A stretch of 64,000 nucleotides of DNA from Callorhinchus milii. Taxonomy: Eukaryota. Positions 62,956 through 64,000 of this stretch are shown one piece after another. A program made the translations under genes and the position numbers. The number at the start of each line of letters is the position of its first letter. Within the stretch, counting starts at the first letter, position 1. The notes below the pieces were generated by a model. The model saw nothing but the letters and a program-made list of their open reading frames with translations. It did not search any database and had not been told where the DNA came from. Location: positions 24,306,001 through 24,370,000 of the forward strand of contig NW_024704742.1 of assembly GCF_018977255.1 (NCBI RefSeq), read 5' to 3'.

Positions 62956-63551
62956 GGCAGTGAATTTCAAATTCTCACCACTCTCTGTGTCAGCTAACAC
63001 AGAGAGTGGGGAGAAGTTCCTCCTAAACTCTGTATTAGATCTAATGTTAGCTAGTTTACATTTGTGCTCTCTAGTTCATTATAGGATTGCATCACTGGTG
63101 TTCTCCAGGGGCCCAAAATAAATTGCAATCAATTTTATTTACTCTAGCTAGTTTGTAAGCAACGGGCAGTATTTATTCCAGTGCCCGATAAACCAAAATA
63201 TGACCTGACCCCAAAGAGCCCTGTTGACGCCTTTTTCTTGTTAAATTGTTTGAACTATTTCATCCAAGTTTATTTATTGCACAAACTCCATTTTTGTCAT
63301 TTAAACTATTTTAAAATGGTTTTCAGACAATTCGAACAATGATTTCCTGCTGCTTAATGGCAGGACCATTTTCCACCTAAGCAGCTATTCTATTGAGGTG
63401 GAGATCAAATATGTCTCTATGGGATCTCCTGCAGTGGCCCAGAATTGACATCAGCTTGGCCCAGTTGGCACCATTCATCCCCCTGGGCCAGAAGTACAGT
63501 TGGGGGCAGTATTGGGGTAACAAGAGGAGCAACTGGAGAAGGTACGGTATA

Positions 63552-64000
63552 CCAACAACAACTAATTGCATTTATACAGTGCCCTTCATGTCGGGAGGAC
63601 ATCCTAAGGTGCTGGACCGTTGAGGGAAGTGGCATAAATGCTGAAGGCCCGATCACCACGAACATGAAGAAGGCAATGCCTGCTGAGCAAAGGGAGCGAG
63701 CAGTTTGGTAGGTATTAAAAGATCACAGAGACAGGGAGGGGCAAGACTGTGGAGGACTTTAAAAGTGCGGACAAGGATCTTCAACTTAATTGTCTAGGGG
63801 ATGGGGAGCCAGTGAATCCGAATGAGGATGGGAGTGATTGCCACCCGGAGCTTGGTGCGGGAGAGGATACAAACTGCAGAGTCTGAATGGTCTGCAGCTT
63901 GTGGAGGGAGGAGTTGGGAAGTCCAGCAAGCAAAGAATTAGTGTAGTTAAGCCTGTACTTGATAAAAACATGGATGCTGGTCTCGATGACCTGCAAGAAG
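63552..64000 (-). mobile_element. Degenerate L2 3' fragment, truncated by window edge
   Basis: Minus translation [34 protein letters not shown]; (CAA)n tail at about 63553. Confidence 0.8.

Noticed and set aside
1..64000. Novel prokaryote-style multi-gene system (defence, CRISPR, operon)
   Set aside because: The window is explained by one spliced vertebrate gene, retroelement debris and simple repeats; no compact gene clusters.

Overview
Eukaryotic (vertebrate) genomic DNA, not prokaryotic; the repeat complement (Deu-domain tRNA-SINEs, L2, CR1, a Penelope-type remnant) suggests a cartilaginous fish, possibly a holocephalan (inference). The window contains one complete intron-containing gene on the + strand: an FH2-domain formin of the FHDC1/INF1 family. 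I reconstructed 11 coding exons (11271-11684, 14881-14942, 26641-26743, 31522-31607, 31706-31806, 32556-32626, 32727-32834, 33197-33267, 38266-38383, 40409-40573, 41222-43663), all with GT-AG introns and compatible phases, totalling 3741 nt (1246 aa plus stop). Upstream is a CpG-rich, simple-repeat-rich probable promoter region (about 2.2-6.7 kb). Downstream are a 3' UTR and a candidate promoter and first exon of a following gene (56.7-60.2 kb; TRIM2-like by synteny, unconfirmed). Nearly all other ORFs in the track are artefacts of low-complexity repeats or retroelement fragments. I found no convincing undescribed multi-gene system. The most notable observations are a 9-copy 33-nt coding repeat (RRHYSNPETGD) in the formin tail, a minimal hammerhead-ribozyme-like motif in a Penelope-type remnant in an intron, a SINE/L2 pair sharing a 3' tail with nested insertions, and a candidate exon with two plausible reading frames near 60.1 kb.
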